A stretch of DNA of 64,000 nt from assembly GCA_965224245.1 (NCBI GenBank), contig OZ245046.1:2016001-2080000 (forward strand), given 5' to 3'. The DNA is from Candidatus Eiseniibacteriota bacterium (lineage in GTDB: Bacteria; Eisenbacteria; RBG-16-71-46; CAZAMP01). Of the stretch, positions 11,746 to 21,032 are shown piece after piece (the first letter of the stretch is position 1; every line of letters starts with the position of its first letter). The notes beneath the pieces are model-generated. The model did not search any database. It was not told where the DNA came from and worked only from the letters and a program-made list of their open reading frames with translations. The translations under genes were made by a program, and so were the position numbers.

Positions 11746-13017
11746 TCAGTTGCCCGCGGTGTCGGGCATCAGCGAGCCCACGCGCTCCAGCTCGGCGTCC
11801 AGCACCGAGAGCTCGCGCGCCAGGCGCGCCCGCGCGCTGGCCAGGCTCGATTCGCGACCCGCCAAGAGACGCGCCCACACCACGCGCATGCGATAGTCGG
11901 CCGTGTAGTCGCCGAGGACCACCGGCGTGGTTCGCCGCGCCCCGCTGGTGGACGCCACCTCGACCCGAGCCGTCGTACCCGGCCCCCGCGAGGACAGGAT
12001 CGACCCCAGCAGATCGGGCGTGGGAACGGGCACGTCGTCCACCGCCACGATCAGATCGCCCCGGCGGAGCCCGGCCCGCGAGGCCGGGCTGTCGTTCACG
12101 ATGGCCTCGATGAACACTCCCGCCACGTCGCCGTTGCCGGACGCGCGGTCACTGACGCGGATGCCGAGGTAGCTCTTGGGCCCGCGCTTGCCGTCCATCG
12201 TCTCACGTGCGAGCCGGTCGACGTCGTCGGCCGGCAGCGCGAAGCTGATCCCATGCGGGGGATGTGCGGTCATGATGGCCTGCGTGATCGTGGCCTCTTC
12301 GCCGAACGCGGAGAGCACCACCGGGTCGAGGAAGCCGTCGGATCCGAGGCCGCCCAGGATCACCCCCACGAGCCGCCCCTCGGCGTCGACGACCGCCGCG
12401 CCCGAGTTTCCGGGGAACACGTTGGCCTCGAGCTGGAGCAGCTCGACGGTGTCGGTCGGCGAGTCGGTCAGGTTGATGATCGAGCGGCTCGAGAACCGCC
12501 CGGTGACCAGCGACGGCTCGGGCGAGCTGAGCGTGAACCCGACCAGGAAGACCCATGAGTCGGCGTGGAGCTGATCGGGCAGGCCCAGCTCCAGAGGCGT
12601 GCCACCGGGCATGTCCGGCCGGATCAGGACGAGCTCGCGGATGGGGTCGCAAGAGACGACCTCGGCCGGGCTGCGGCGATCGTCGGAGTAGCGGACCTCG
12701 ATCTCGTCACCCGGGCCCGCGACGCTCAGCGTGGTCGCGATCAGGCCACCCGAGAGAATGACGCCGGAGCCCGCGCACTTCCCCACGGGCCGATCGTACC
12801 CGGGAACCGCCCGGACCGAGTGCACCGCGACGACGCCGGGCTTCACGCGCATGTCGACGCTGCTCAGCTCGTCTTCGAGGGCCGTCGCACGCGCACCGGG
12901 CCCGAGAACCAGGGTCGCCGACGCGAGCGCGCACGCCGTCAGCACCGTACGCGCGCCGGTCGCGACCGCGGCGCGGCCTGCGGAAGCAGCCGCGGCGCGC
13001 CGTCGCCGGAACGTCAT
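11746..13017 (-). CDS. HtrA/DegS-like trypsin (S1C) + PDZ protein with a degenerate catalytic triad
   Basis: GSGVIL, ANVFPGNSGAAVVDAEGRLVGV, PDZ (YLGI..SPASRAGLRRGDLIVAVD), N-terminal signal peptide, C-terminal coiled coil. Confidence 0.85.
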   Translation of the reverse strand: MTFRRRRAAAASAGRAAVATGARTVLTACALASATLVLGPGARATALEDELSSVDMRVKPGVVAVHSVRAVPGYDRPVGKCAGSGVILSGGLIATTLSVAGPGDEIEVRYSDDRRSPAEVVSCDPIRELVLIRPDMPGGTPLELGLPDQLHADSWVFLVGFTLSSPEPSLVTGRFSSRSIINLTDSPTDTVELLQLEANVFPGNSGAAVVDAEGRLVGVILGGLGSDGFLDPVVLSAFGEEATITQAIMTAHPPHGISFALPADDVDRLARETMDGKRGPKSYLGIRVSDRASGNGDVAGVFIEAIVNDSPASRAGLRRGDLIVAVDDVPVPTPDLLGSILSSRGPGTTARVEVASTSGARRTTPVVLGDYTADYRMRVVWARLLAGRESSLASARARLARELSVLDAELERVGSLMPDTAGN

Positions 13018-13054
13018 CGGATCGTCTGCCTTTCGCCTCTCTCGTCGCCGCCCG

Positions 13055-13609
13055 TCAAAACACGATCGTCGGCTTCCGCGTCCCACTGTTCACCTGATGG
13101 ATCGGGAGCCGCTGGAACTCGAAGCTCGGCCGCGCGACGTCCATCGAGTCGGAGACCATGCCGGTCGCCGATGCGGCGAGAACGGGCTCACCCGATGTGT
13201 CCGAGCCGGTCGTGAGCGCGGGCGAGCTCGCGGTCGCCGCCGAGGGCGCCGCCGGCGCCTTCAAGACGTTGATGAAGATCGTCCCGGCCAGGAAGCCCAG
13301 GCAGAGCGTGGCGGCCAGCGCCATCGCCTGCGGCCACGCGACGCGCGGCACGAGCGTCAGGCGCCTCGGCGCGGGGCGGTCGTTCGCGCGGGCCAGCCGC
13401 ACCTGGGCCATGACCCGATCGGTGAACTCGGCGGAGACGTCTTCGCGTGGCAGCGATCGAACGAGATCCACCGTGGCCTCGAAGGCACGATACGCCTCGA
13501 GATCCTCGGGATGCGCGGAGAAGTGCGCGCGAAGCGCATCTTCTTCCTCGGCACTCAGCTCCCCCTCGAGGTACGCGGAGAAGAGCTTCTCTGCGTCCTT
13601 AGATTTCAT
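13055..13609 (-). CDS. Transmembrane anti-sigma factor
   Basis: LFSAYLEGELS.EE..LRAH anti-sigma domain plus one TM helix; directly downstream of the ECF sigma gene. Confidence 0.8.
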   Translation of the reverse strand: MKSKDAEKLFSAYLEGELSAEEEDALRAHFSAHPEDLEAYRAFEATVDLVRSLPREDVSAEFTDRVMAQVRLARANDRPAPRRLTLVPRVAWPQAMALAATLCLGFLAGTIFINVLKAPAAPSAATASSPALTTGSDTSGEPVLAASATGMVSDSMDVARPSFEFQRLPIHQVNSGTRKPTIVF

Positions 13610-14267
13610 ATCCGCTCCTGTTGATCAAGGGTGCCATCTTGTCTCTGAGGGCCAGTCGCGCGCGGTTGATGCGGCTTCGGACGGTGCCCCCCGGTATTCC
13701 CAGTATCTCGCCGATCTCGATGTACGAGAGATCCTGCAGGTCGCGCAGGATCAGGACCTCCCGGTACTTCGCCGGGAGCTTCTCGATCGCATCGCGGACG
13801 TTCTGCGAGACGTTCTTCGACTGTGTCTGCGCGTCGGCGATCGGTCCGACGTCCTTCAGCTGCAGCGTGCCCGCCTCGTTGGTCTCGGTCACGGTGTCGA
13901 CCGGGATGACCTTGTTCAGGCGCACCTTCCGTCGAATCTCGTTCTTGGCGAGGTTCACACCGATCGTGTAGATCCACGTGGAGAACTTCCCGCTGCGGCG
14001 GTACCGCCGCCGGTGAATGAACACGCGCATGAAGACCTCCTGCGTGAGGTCCTCGGCGCGATCCCGGTCCCCGATGTAGCGCGTGATGATGTTGAGAATG
14101 CGGGACTTGTAACGCTCGACGAGGACCTTGAACGCCAGCTCGGTGTCCTCGACGCACATCTCCATCAGATCCTCGTCACTCTGTAACTTGAGGTGGCTGA
14201 TGGTCTTGTCCCGACTCCCAGTCGCTTTCGAGTGACCGGTTTCGTGTCGGTCCGGGGTCATGGCCAT
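13599..14267 (-). CDS. ECF sigma-70 factor (RpoE/SigW-like)
   Basis: AEDLTQEVF, FSTWIYTIGVN, LSYIEIGEILGIPGGTVRSRINRAR. Confidence 0.93.
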   Translation of the reverse strand: MAMTPDRHETGHSKATGSRDKTISHLKLQSDEDLMEMCVEDTELAFKVLVERYKSRILNIITRYIGDRDRAEDLTQEVFMRVFIHRRRYRRSGKFSTWIYTIGVNLAKNEIRRKVRLNKVIPVDTVTETNEAGTLQLKDVGPIADAQTQSKNVSQNVRDAIEKLPAKYREVLILRDLQDLSYIEIGEILGIPGGTVRSRINRARLALRDKMAPLINRSGYEI

Positions 14268-14298
14268 GGTCTCCTTGCCCTCGGGTAACCCCGCTCGC

Positions 14299-16002
14299 CT
14301 AGTCCGGTTCCGACCGATCGCGGGCCTGGCGGAGCTTCTCCTCGATGGCGTCCGGCTCGGCTCCGGCCGACAGGGCGGCCTCGTACTGGCGGATCGCGTC
14401 GCGCGCGTCGCCCATGGCCAGGAGACAGTCTCCGAGATGCTCGCGGATGACGGGGTCCTCGGACAGCGAGGCGGCCCGGACGAGCTGCTCGCGGCCCTCG
14501 TCCAGCCGTCCCAGTCGGAAGAGCACCCAGCCCAGACTGTCCAGGAAGGCCGGGTTGTCCGGCTGGAGCTCGACCGCGCGCTCGATCAGGGAGAGGGCCT
14601 CCTCCAGGTTCTCGCCCCGGTCGGCGTACATGTATCCCAGGTAGTTGAGCGCCTCCCCGAACCGCGGCCGCTCGGCGATCACGGCCTCGAAGACCTCGAC
14701 GGCGTCCTCGAAGCGCCCCATCCGCTCGAGCGCGACCCCGCGCTGGAAGGCCACCGACGTGTCCGTCGGCGACTGCTCGGACAGGAGGTCGAGGTGAGCC
14801 AGGGACTCCTCGTACCGCTGGCGGCCGTTCAGGAGCAGGGCCAGCGCGAAGCGGGCGTCGCGGGCGTCGGGATCCTGCGTGAGCGCCTCCACGAGCTGGG
14901 ACTCCGCGTCGTCCCACTGCCCGTCGAGCATGTGGGCGCGGGCCAGCATGACTCGCGCCCGGACGTTTCGAGCCTCGAGCTCGAGCGCACGCCGGGCCGA
15001 GCCCGCGGCGGCGTCGGCATCGCCCAGGCGGAGCTGGATCTCGGCGCGCATGGTGTACAGCTCGGTGGTCATCGCCTCGAGGTCGCCCAGACGGTCCAGG
15101 GCCGCCAGCGACTCCTCGAACTCGCCGGCGCCGTACGCGATGGCCGCCAGGCGGCGCGTCACGTCGGGGTCGTCGGGGATCATGTAGCGCAACGTGCGGG
15201 CTTCCCGGAGCGCCTCGTCCGACCGGCCCGACACGAAGAGGGCATCGATGAGCTGCTTGCGCGTGGCGAAGTCGTTCGGGCTTCTCTCGATCGCCGCGCG
15301 ATAGGACTCGATCGCCTCGTCGAGTCGCCCGGCCATGTCGTACGCGGCCCCGAGTCGGGTCATGACGCCGGGGAACCCGGGATCGGCCTCGGCCGCGGCC
15401 TCGAGGTTCGCGATGGCGGCCTCCGCATCGCCACGCGCGATGTAGTACCCGCCCAGCTTCGTCAGTACCGACAGCTCGTACGGATTGGTGAGCTTGATCT
15501 CCTCCAGGACGTCGATCGCGTTCTCGACCATGCCCTCGGCCTCGAGCACCGATGCCAGCGTCTCGGCGTAGCGGACGTTCGACCGGTCGTGCTCCAGCGC
15601 GGCCGACATCCAGGCGATCGCCTCGTCGGACTCACCGAGGCGGTAGAGCGCGCTGCCTCCTAGGAAGTGCGCCTCGGCGTTCTCGGGATCCAGCTCCACC
15701 GCCCGCGACGCGTACAGCCGCGCCTTCTTGTAGTCGGGCACGTAGAACGACATGCGCGCCAGACGCAGAAACAGCGTCGGCGAGTCGTCCAGCACCTTCG
15801 CGGCCGCCTCGTAGGCCTTGAGCGCGCCCTTGACGTCGCCGAGGTCCTCGAGGATCTGGCCCTCCGCGAACGCGTCCAGCGCCGCCGACTCCGCCTCGGG
15901 CGGAGCGTCCGAGGCGCGCGCATCCATCGACCCGGCCCACGCCGCGGCGGCCAGAACCACCAGCCAGAACCGGAACTTCGACCCGAACGAACTGGTTGAC
16001 AT
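14299..16002 (-). CDS. Exported tetratricopeptide-repeat protein
   Basis: Signal peptide, many TPRs, ALNYLGYMYAD..AFLDSLGWV..IREHLGD. Confidence 0.88.
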   Translation of the reverse strand: MSTSSFGSKFRFWLVVLAAAAWAGSMDARASDAPPEAESAALDAFAEGQILEDLGDVKGALKAYEAAAKVLDDSPTLFLRLARMSFYVPDYKKARLYASRAVELDPENAEAHFLGGSALYRLGESDEAIAWMSAALEHDRSNVRYAETLASVLEAEGMVENAIDVLEEIKLTNPYELSVLTKLGGYYIARGDAEAAIANLEAAAEADPGFPGVMTRLGAAYDMAGRLDEAIESYRAAIERSPNDFATRKQLIDALFVSGRSDEALREARTLRYMIPDDPDVTRRLAAIAYGAGEFEESLAALDRLGDLEAMTTELYTMRAEIQLRLGDADAAAGSARRALELEARNVRARVMLARAHMLDGQWDDAESQLVEALTQDPDARDARFALALLLNGRQRYEESLAHLDLLSEQSPTDTSVAFQRGVALERMGRFEDAVEVFEAVIAERPRFGEALNYLGYMYADRGENLEEALSLIERAVELQPDNPAFLDSLGWVLFRLGRLDEGREQLVRAASLSEDPVIREHLGDCLLAMGDARDAIRQYEAALSAGAEPDAIEEKLRQARDRSEPD

Positions 16003-16105
16003 TTCAGTGGTCTCGGTCAGGGTGACGTCGTCACGACGAGGCGAAACGGCGCCCGCGCCGTGGCGCGTGAACGACGTTCGGCCCGTCGCCGGCGACGATG
16101 TCGCA

Positions 16106-16135
16106 TTGACGGCTTCGATCCGCGACGAATATACT
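16106..16135 (+). promoter_or_regulatory. Sigma70 promoter of the lipoprotein-OMP unit
   Basis: TTGACG-N18-TATACT. Confidence 0.6.
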
Positions 16136-16182
16136 CCGCGAAGTTGCTATGGGCCAACGGTTTCTGGAGGAGGCGATTGGAC

Positions 16183-16713
16183 ATGACGTTCTCATCGACC
16201 CCGCGCGCCGACACCACGAGAACCACCCCGGTCCGACCGGCACGCCGCCGAACGCTCGGCGCGCTGTCGCTCTGGACCCTGGTCATCCTCGCCGCGACCG
16301 GCTGCTACACACAGTTCCAGCACCCGAGCGACCCCTATCGCCGGGAGTACCCCGCGAACCCCAGCTCCGAGGTCGTCTACGGCTGGTACTACCCGAGCTA
16401 CGGCGCCTACTGTGACTACTACGTCGTGCCCTGGTGGCACGATCACCACTACTCCCACGGCTCGTACTACCCGCCGGTGGACACGGATTCTCCGAGCCTG
16501 CCTCGCGGAACCGCCTTCGGGCGTGGCGGTGGACGCGACGGGGTCGACGATCGCACGTCGGCGCCGCCGCCCGCCTCGGTCAGCGTCGATCCGCCCCCGG
16601 TCCGACCGTCCGATCCGCCTGCGAATCCACCCAACTCGAACGGCGCGAACACCGAGTCGTCCGAGACGACCTCCGAAACGTCAGGGTCCAGCGGCCGCGG
16701 GGGGCGCAAATGA
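16183..16713 (+). CDS. Hypothetical Tyr/Trp/Pro-rich lipoprotein
   Basis: SD GGAGGAGG; lipobox ATGC-YTQF; low-complexity C-terminus; ATGA overlap with the next gene. Confidence 0.75.
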   Translation: MTFSSTPRADTTRTTPVRPARRRTLGALSLWTLVILAATGCYTQFQHPSDPYRREYPANPSSEVVYGWYYPSYGAYCDYYVVPWWHDHHYSHGSYYPPVDTDSPSLPRGTAFGRGGGRDGVDDRTSAPPPASVSVDPPPVRPSDPPANPPNSNGANTESSETTSETSGSSGRGGRK

Positions 16714-17963
16714 GACCGTGCACGGTCCCCGGCGCGATCTCGGTGGCCGGCCTCGTCGCGTTCACCTCGCTGCTGGGGACGGTTGCCCGCGCGGACTACG
16801 TGCCCGAGATTCCCGGCCTCGGCGAGGTCCCGGTGGATGCCCGCACCGCCGCCCTCGGAGGAGCGGGGGTCGCCGTGTCCGAGGAGAGCGGCGCCATTCT
16901 CGCCAACCCGGCCGCGATCGCGCTGGTGCGGCGTACCGAGACCAGCGCCACGCTCTCGTACCAGCGGCGCGAGCTGACGAGCGACTACTTCGACGACGCC
17001 CGCATCGGGAAACGAAACTCCGGCCAGCTCTCGGCGGCCGGGTTCGTCTACCCGACGCCCGTGTACCGGGGCGCGTTCGCGTTCGGCGTCGCGTACAACC
17101 GCCACGCGGTGTTCGATCGTGACCTGCTCCGGGGAGGGACCCAGTCCGGCGGCGGCGTCGAGGACGAGCTGCTCGAGGAGTCGGGCAGCATGGATTTCTG
17201 GACGGTCGGGGCCGGGGTCCAGATCTCGCCCAGCGGCTTCGTGGGAGCCAGCGCCACGCTCGTGGCCGGCGAGCTTGCTCGCCGGAGCGAGCTCGCGTAC
17301 TCGGCGACCGGCGTCGCGTACGACTACGCGGGAACCGTCCGGACCGATCTCTCCGGCATCCGCGCCTCGCTCGGCGGCCTGTTCTTTCTGAGTCCTCGCA
17401 TGCGTCTGGGAATCCGCCTGGACCTGCCGCACACCGTCACGTACGACGGAACCGAGCGCAGCGACGCCGGTGACGATTTCGTGGTCGAGGACGAGGTCTC
17501 CTACCCGTTCTCGACGACCGCGGGCGTTGCGACCCGCACGGGGCAGCTGGTCATCACCGGGGAGGCCAGCTTCACCCCCTACTCCCTGCTCGAGCTAAAC
17601 GCCGAGCGCCTTCGGACCGAAGAACGGATCGAAGGCTACCGGGACGTGGTGGTGCTCCGGCTCGGAGCCGAGTACACGTTTCCGGTTTCGATGCGCGTCC
17701 GTGGAGGGTATCGTTTCGAGCCCGATCCCTACCGGCTGCTCGTGGCCGAGGTTCGGAACGACGCACCCGTCGAGGCCGTCATGGAAGAGGCCGAGTTCGA
17801 TGGTGAACGACACGTCGTCACCGGCGGCGTTGGCTTCCTTCTCGAGGACGCGCTCAATCTCGACCTGGCTGCCGAGTGGGCGACCACGACGAAACGAGGG
17901 ACCAACGTTGCTCAAACAGACGATCTCGTACGGTTCTTCGTCACGACATCGTACCGCTTCTGA
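16710..17963 (+). CDS. FadL/OmpP1-like outer-membrane beta-barrel
   Basis: DARTAALGGAGVA..NPAAIA, amphipathic strands, C-terminal SYRF. Confidence 0.8.
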   Translation: MRPCTVPGAISVAGLVAFTSLLGTVARADYVPEIPGLGEVPVDARTAALGGAGVAVSEESGAILANPAAIALVRRTETSATLSYQRRELTSDYFDDARIGKRNSGQLSAAGFVYPTPVYRGAFAFGVAYNRHAVFDRDLLRGGTQSGGGVEDELLEESGSMDFWTVGAGVQISPSGFVGASATLVAGELARRSELAYSATGVAYDYAGTVRTDLSGIRASLGGLFFLSPRMRLGIRLDLPHTVTYDGTERSDAGDDFVVEDEVSYPFSTTAGVATRTGQLVITGEASFTPYSLLELNAERLRTEERIEGYRDVVVLRLGAEYTFPVSMRVRGGYRFEPDPYRLLVAEVRNDAPVEAVMEEAEFDGERHVVTGGVGFLLEDALNLDLAAEWATTTKRGTNVAQTDDLVRFFVTTSYRF

Positions 17964-18033
17964 CCCGGCCTCCCCCTCGACCACCGTCCCCTCCTCGCCC
18001 AGAGCCCCGTTCTCGATCGCGACCGGCGCGGCG

Positions 18034-19086
18034 GTGGACGTGAGGGCCTGGTGGGCCGCCTGCGAGGGCGATCCCGCGGCCACGTTCTTCGGCACGCCGG
18101 ACTGGTGCCAGATCCTCGTCGAGGCGTTTCCGGCGTTCCGGCCCCAGCCGCATCTCTTCACGTTCGGCGACGGACGCCGGGTGGTGGTGCCCGCGATCGA
18201 GGTGAAGCGCGCGCTCGGGCGGCTCTCCGCCTTGCACTCGATGCCGTTCGGCACCTACGGCGGCCCGATCGGTCTTCCCTCCGAGGATCCGGCCGAGGTG
18301 TCGGCCATCCTCGAGCACGTGCACGTCGGGGGGTGGCCGCGCTTCCAGACCACCATGTTCCCCAATCCGCTGGGCCCCGATCGTCTCGGACAGGTGTCCA
18401 ACGGCGAGGACTTCGTCTACGCCCCCGACCTCACCGGTGGCTTCGAGGCCTGGTGGCAAGGGCTGGCGCCGCGGACCCGGTATCACGTCCGCAAGGCCGA
18501 GACCCGGGGCATCGTGGTCGAGAGCGTCATGGACGCCGAGGACTTCGAGGCGTTCTACCGGCTCTACCGGGCGTCCTCGCGGGCATGGTCATCGGCCCCC
18601 CACTATGGACGGCACTTCTTCCGCGCGGTCTGGAACGCCAACTCGCCGCGCATCCAGCTCTGGACGGCCCGGCTGGGCCCGCGCGTGGTCGCCGGCGTGC
18701 TGGTCTTCCGGTTCGGCCGTCACGTCACCCCGTTCCTGAGCGCGGTGGCACCCGACGCCCGGGTGCTGGCGCCGACCAATCTCATCTACACCCGTTTGAT
18801 CGCCGACGCCGCGGCCACGCGCGGGCGGCAGATCAGCTTCCTGGGCAGCGGGGGACGTCCCGGGGTCGAGCGCTTCAAACGCTCCATGGGCGGCGTGCGC
18901 CACGACTTCCGCTTCGTCAACCTGACCGGGCCCGCCTACGCGCTCGTCCGCAATCGCGTGGTCGCGTCGGTGCGGCGCTCCGTGGGGCGCTCGGTGCGCC
19001 GCTCCGTGCGGGGCATCGGCGCCCGGCTGACGCGGCGTGACGCCGACGCGGCCGACGTGGCGAACACCGACGGCGCGCTCGTGTGA
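18034..19086 (+). CDS. GNAT / FemAB-like acyltransferase (start uncertain)
   Basis: ATFFGTPDW, SMPFGTYGG, RYHVRKAE..GI, FYRLY, PTNLIY, GVERFKRSMGG. Confidence 0.75.
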   Translation: MDVRAWWAACEGDPAATFFGTPDWCQILVEAFPAFRPQPHLFTFGDGRRVVVPAIEVKRALGRLSALHSMPFGTYGGPIGLPSEDPAEVSAILEHVHVGGWPRFQTTMFPNPLGPDRLGQVSNGEDFVYAPDLTGGFEAWWQGLAPRTRYHVRKAETRGIVVESVMDAEDFEAFYRLYRASSRAWSSAPHYGRHFFRAVWNANSPRIQLWTARLGPRVVAGVLVFRFGRHVTPFLSAVAPDARVLAPTNLIYTRLIADAAATRGRQISFLGSGGRPGVERFKRSMGGVRHDFRFVNLTGPAYALVRNRVVASVRRSVGRSVRRSVRGIGARLTRRDADAADVANTDGALV

Positions 19087-19090
19087 GCGG

Positions 19091-19113
19091 CGTCTCACGC
19101 GCCGCGTGAGACG
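19091..19113. terminator. Perfect 10-bp hairpin after the GNAT stop
   Basis: CGTCTCACGC-GCC-GCGTGAGACG; no U-tract follows. Confidence 0.35.
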
Positions 19114-19357
19114 TCGGAGCGCTGCGCCGCGACCGCCCGGCGGCACCGATCCCGGGTCGCCGGCGGTCTCCGATCCGATCCGGCCCCGCGCCGCATCGCG
19201 GATCCTCCCACTTTACGTGCGAATCCATTTCTGATAAGGATACCGCCGCCTTTTCGGCGGTAGGTCTTCGCCGGAGCCTCGCAACGCCCCGGCGGAGTCA
19301 TCGCACACTCGTGGCGGATCGCCGACGCGCCCCGGGCTCGTCGGGAAGAGCAGTCCC

Positions 19358-19834
19358 GTGAGACACCTCGTCACCCTCTCGCTCGTGCTCTTCGTCGTGT
19401 GGGTTCTCTGGTCGGGCCATTACACGACGTTCCTGCTGTCGCTGGGTGGGGCGAGCTGCCTCGGTGTCGTGTGGCTGATCCGGAAGCTCGACGCGCTCGA
19501 CGACGAGAGCGTCCCCGCCGGGCTGTGGCTCCCCACGATGCTGTATCTCCCCTGGCTCGTGTGGGAGATCTGGAAAGCCAACGTCGACGTCGCGAGAATC
19601 ATCCTCTCGCCATCCATGCCGATCTCGCCGCGTCTGTTCACCGTCGAGGCCTCGGGAACCGACGAGATCACCCAGGTGATCTACGCCAACTCCATCACGT
19701 TGACCCCCGGCACGGTGTCCGTGCGGACGCACGGGAACGAGATCACCGTCCACGCGCTGACCGCCGCCGCGGCCGAGGGCGTCATGAGCGGCGAGATGGA
19801 CCGCCGCGTCGCGCGGCTGGAAGGGAAGCGCTGA
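19358..19834 (+). CDS. mrpE: Mrp Na+/H+ antiporter subunit E
   Basis: WEIWKANVDVA, ANSITLTPGT, VHAL. Confidence 0.93.
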   Translation: MRHLVTLSLVLFVVWVLWSGHYTTFLLSLGGASCLGVVWLIRKLDALDDESVPAGLWLPTMLYLPWLVWEIWKANVDVARIILSPSMPISPRLFTVEASGTDEITQVIYANSITLTPGTVSVRTHGNEITVHALTAAAAEGVMSGEMDRRVARLEGKR

Positions 19835-19837
19835 GTC

Positions 19838-20128
19838 ATGTTCGTCGTGGCGACGCTGGCCGTGCTGGTGACGATGGGGCTCGCGCTCTCACGCGCCGCC
19901 GCGGGACCGACCGTCTTCGACCGCATCCTGGCGCTGAACATGTTCGGCACCAAGACGGTGATCCTGATCGCGGTGATCGGGTTTCTCGGCGGACGGCCGG
20001 ACTTCCTCGACCTCGCGCTCCTGTACGCGCTGATGAACTTCATCGGCGTCATCGCCGTGCTCCGCTTCTCGACGTACGGCCATTTCGACGATCCCCCCGC
20101 CGACGAGCGGGACGGAGAGCCATCATGA
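19838..20128 (+). CDS. mrpF: Mrp subunit F
   Basis: GPTVFDRILA, LDLALLYALMNFIG. Confidence 0.93.
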   Translation: MFVVATLAVLVTMGLALSRAAAGPTVFDRILALNMFGTKTVILIAVIGFLGGRPDFLDLALLYALMNFIGVIAVLRFSTYGHFDDPPADERDGEPS

Positions 20129-20484
20129 CGATCGATCTGGTCTGCGACATCCTCAGCTGGATCCTGATCGTGACCGGATCGGCGTTCTCGCTGATCGGCG
20201 GCATCGGACTGGTTCGTCTACCCGATCTGTACTCGCGCATGCACGCCGGCGGCATCACCGACACCATGGGCGCCGGCCTCGTCGTGGCGGGCCTGGCGTT
20301 TCAGTCCGGCTTCTCGCTGGTCACGGTCAAGCTCGGGATGATCCTGTTCTTCCTGTGGATCACGAGCCCCACGTCGGGACACGCGCTGGCCCGCGCCGCG
20401 CTCGCCCACGGACTCCGGCCGTGGACGGCCGAGACCGACTCCCGTGGCCTCCGCACCAAGGAGGTTCCGCCATCGACGCCCTGA
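20125..20484 (+). CDS. mrpG: Mrp subunit G
   Basis: GLVRLPDLYSRMHA, TSPTSGHALARAA. Confidence 0.93.
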   Translation: MTIDLVCDILSWILIVTGSAFSLIGGIGLVRLPDLYSRMHAGGITDTMGAGLVVAGLAFQSGFSLVTVKLGMILFFLWITSPTSGHALARAALAHGLRPWTAETDSRGLRTKEVPPSTP

Positions 20485-21032
20485 TTCACGAGCGGCTGGA
20501 CGTCTTCATTCTCGTTCTGCTGTCCGCGACCGCCGTCATCATCGTCCGTACGCGCGAGCTCTTCACCGCCGTGATGCTGACGGGAATCTACAGTCTCCTC
20601 GGTGCCTCCTGGATGCTGACGCTCGACGCCCCGGACGTGGCCTTCACCGAGGCCGCGGTCGGAGCCGGGCTCTCCACGGTGCTGATGTTGAGCACGCTCG
20701 CGCTCGTGGGCGTACGGGCCAAGAAGCTCCGGCGACGCCCTCTGGCGGCGCTGGCCATCGTCACCGTGACCGGCGGCCTCCTGATCTTCGGCACCACGGA
20801 CATGCCGCAGATCGGAGATCCGAACGCCCCGGCCCAGACCCACCCCTCGCCGAGCTACGTCGAACGGGCCCACCACGAGTTCCACGTCCCCAACATCGTG
20901 ACCGCGGTCCTCGGGAGCTACCGCGGATACGACACGCTCGGCGAGACCACCGTCATCTTCACCGCCGGCATCGGGGTGATCTGTCTCCTGCGCGGCCTCG
21001 GGGCCCGACGCCGAGAGGAAGACCCTTCATGA
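20472..21032 (+). CDS. DUF4040 / MrpB N-terminal-type subunit (probably a non-canonical start)
   Basis: LDAPDVAFTEAAVGAG, NIVTAVLGSYRGYDTLGETTV. Confidence 0.85.
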   Translation: MDALIHERLDVFILVLLSATAVIIVRTRELFTAVMLTGIYSLLGASWMLTLDAPDVAFTEAAVGAGLSTVLMLSTLALVGVRAKKLRRRPLAALAIVTVTGGLLIFGTTDMPQIGDPNAPAQTHPSPSYVERAHHEFHVPNIVTAVLGSYRGYDTLGETTVIFTAGIGVICLLRGLGARRREEDPS

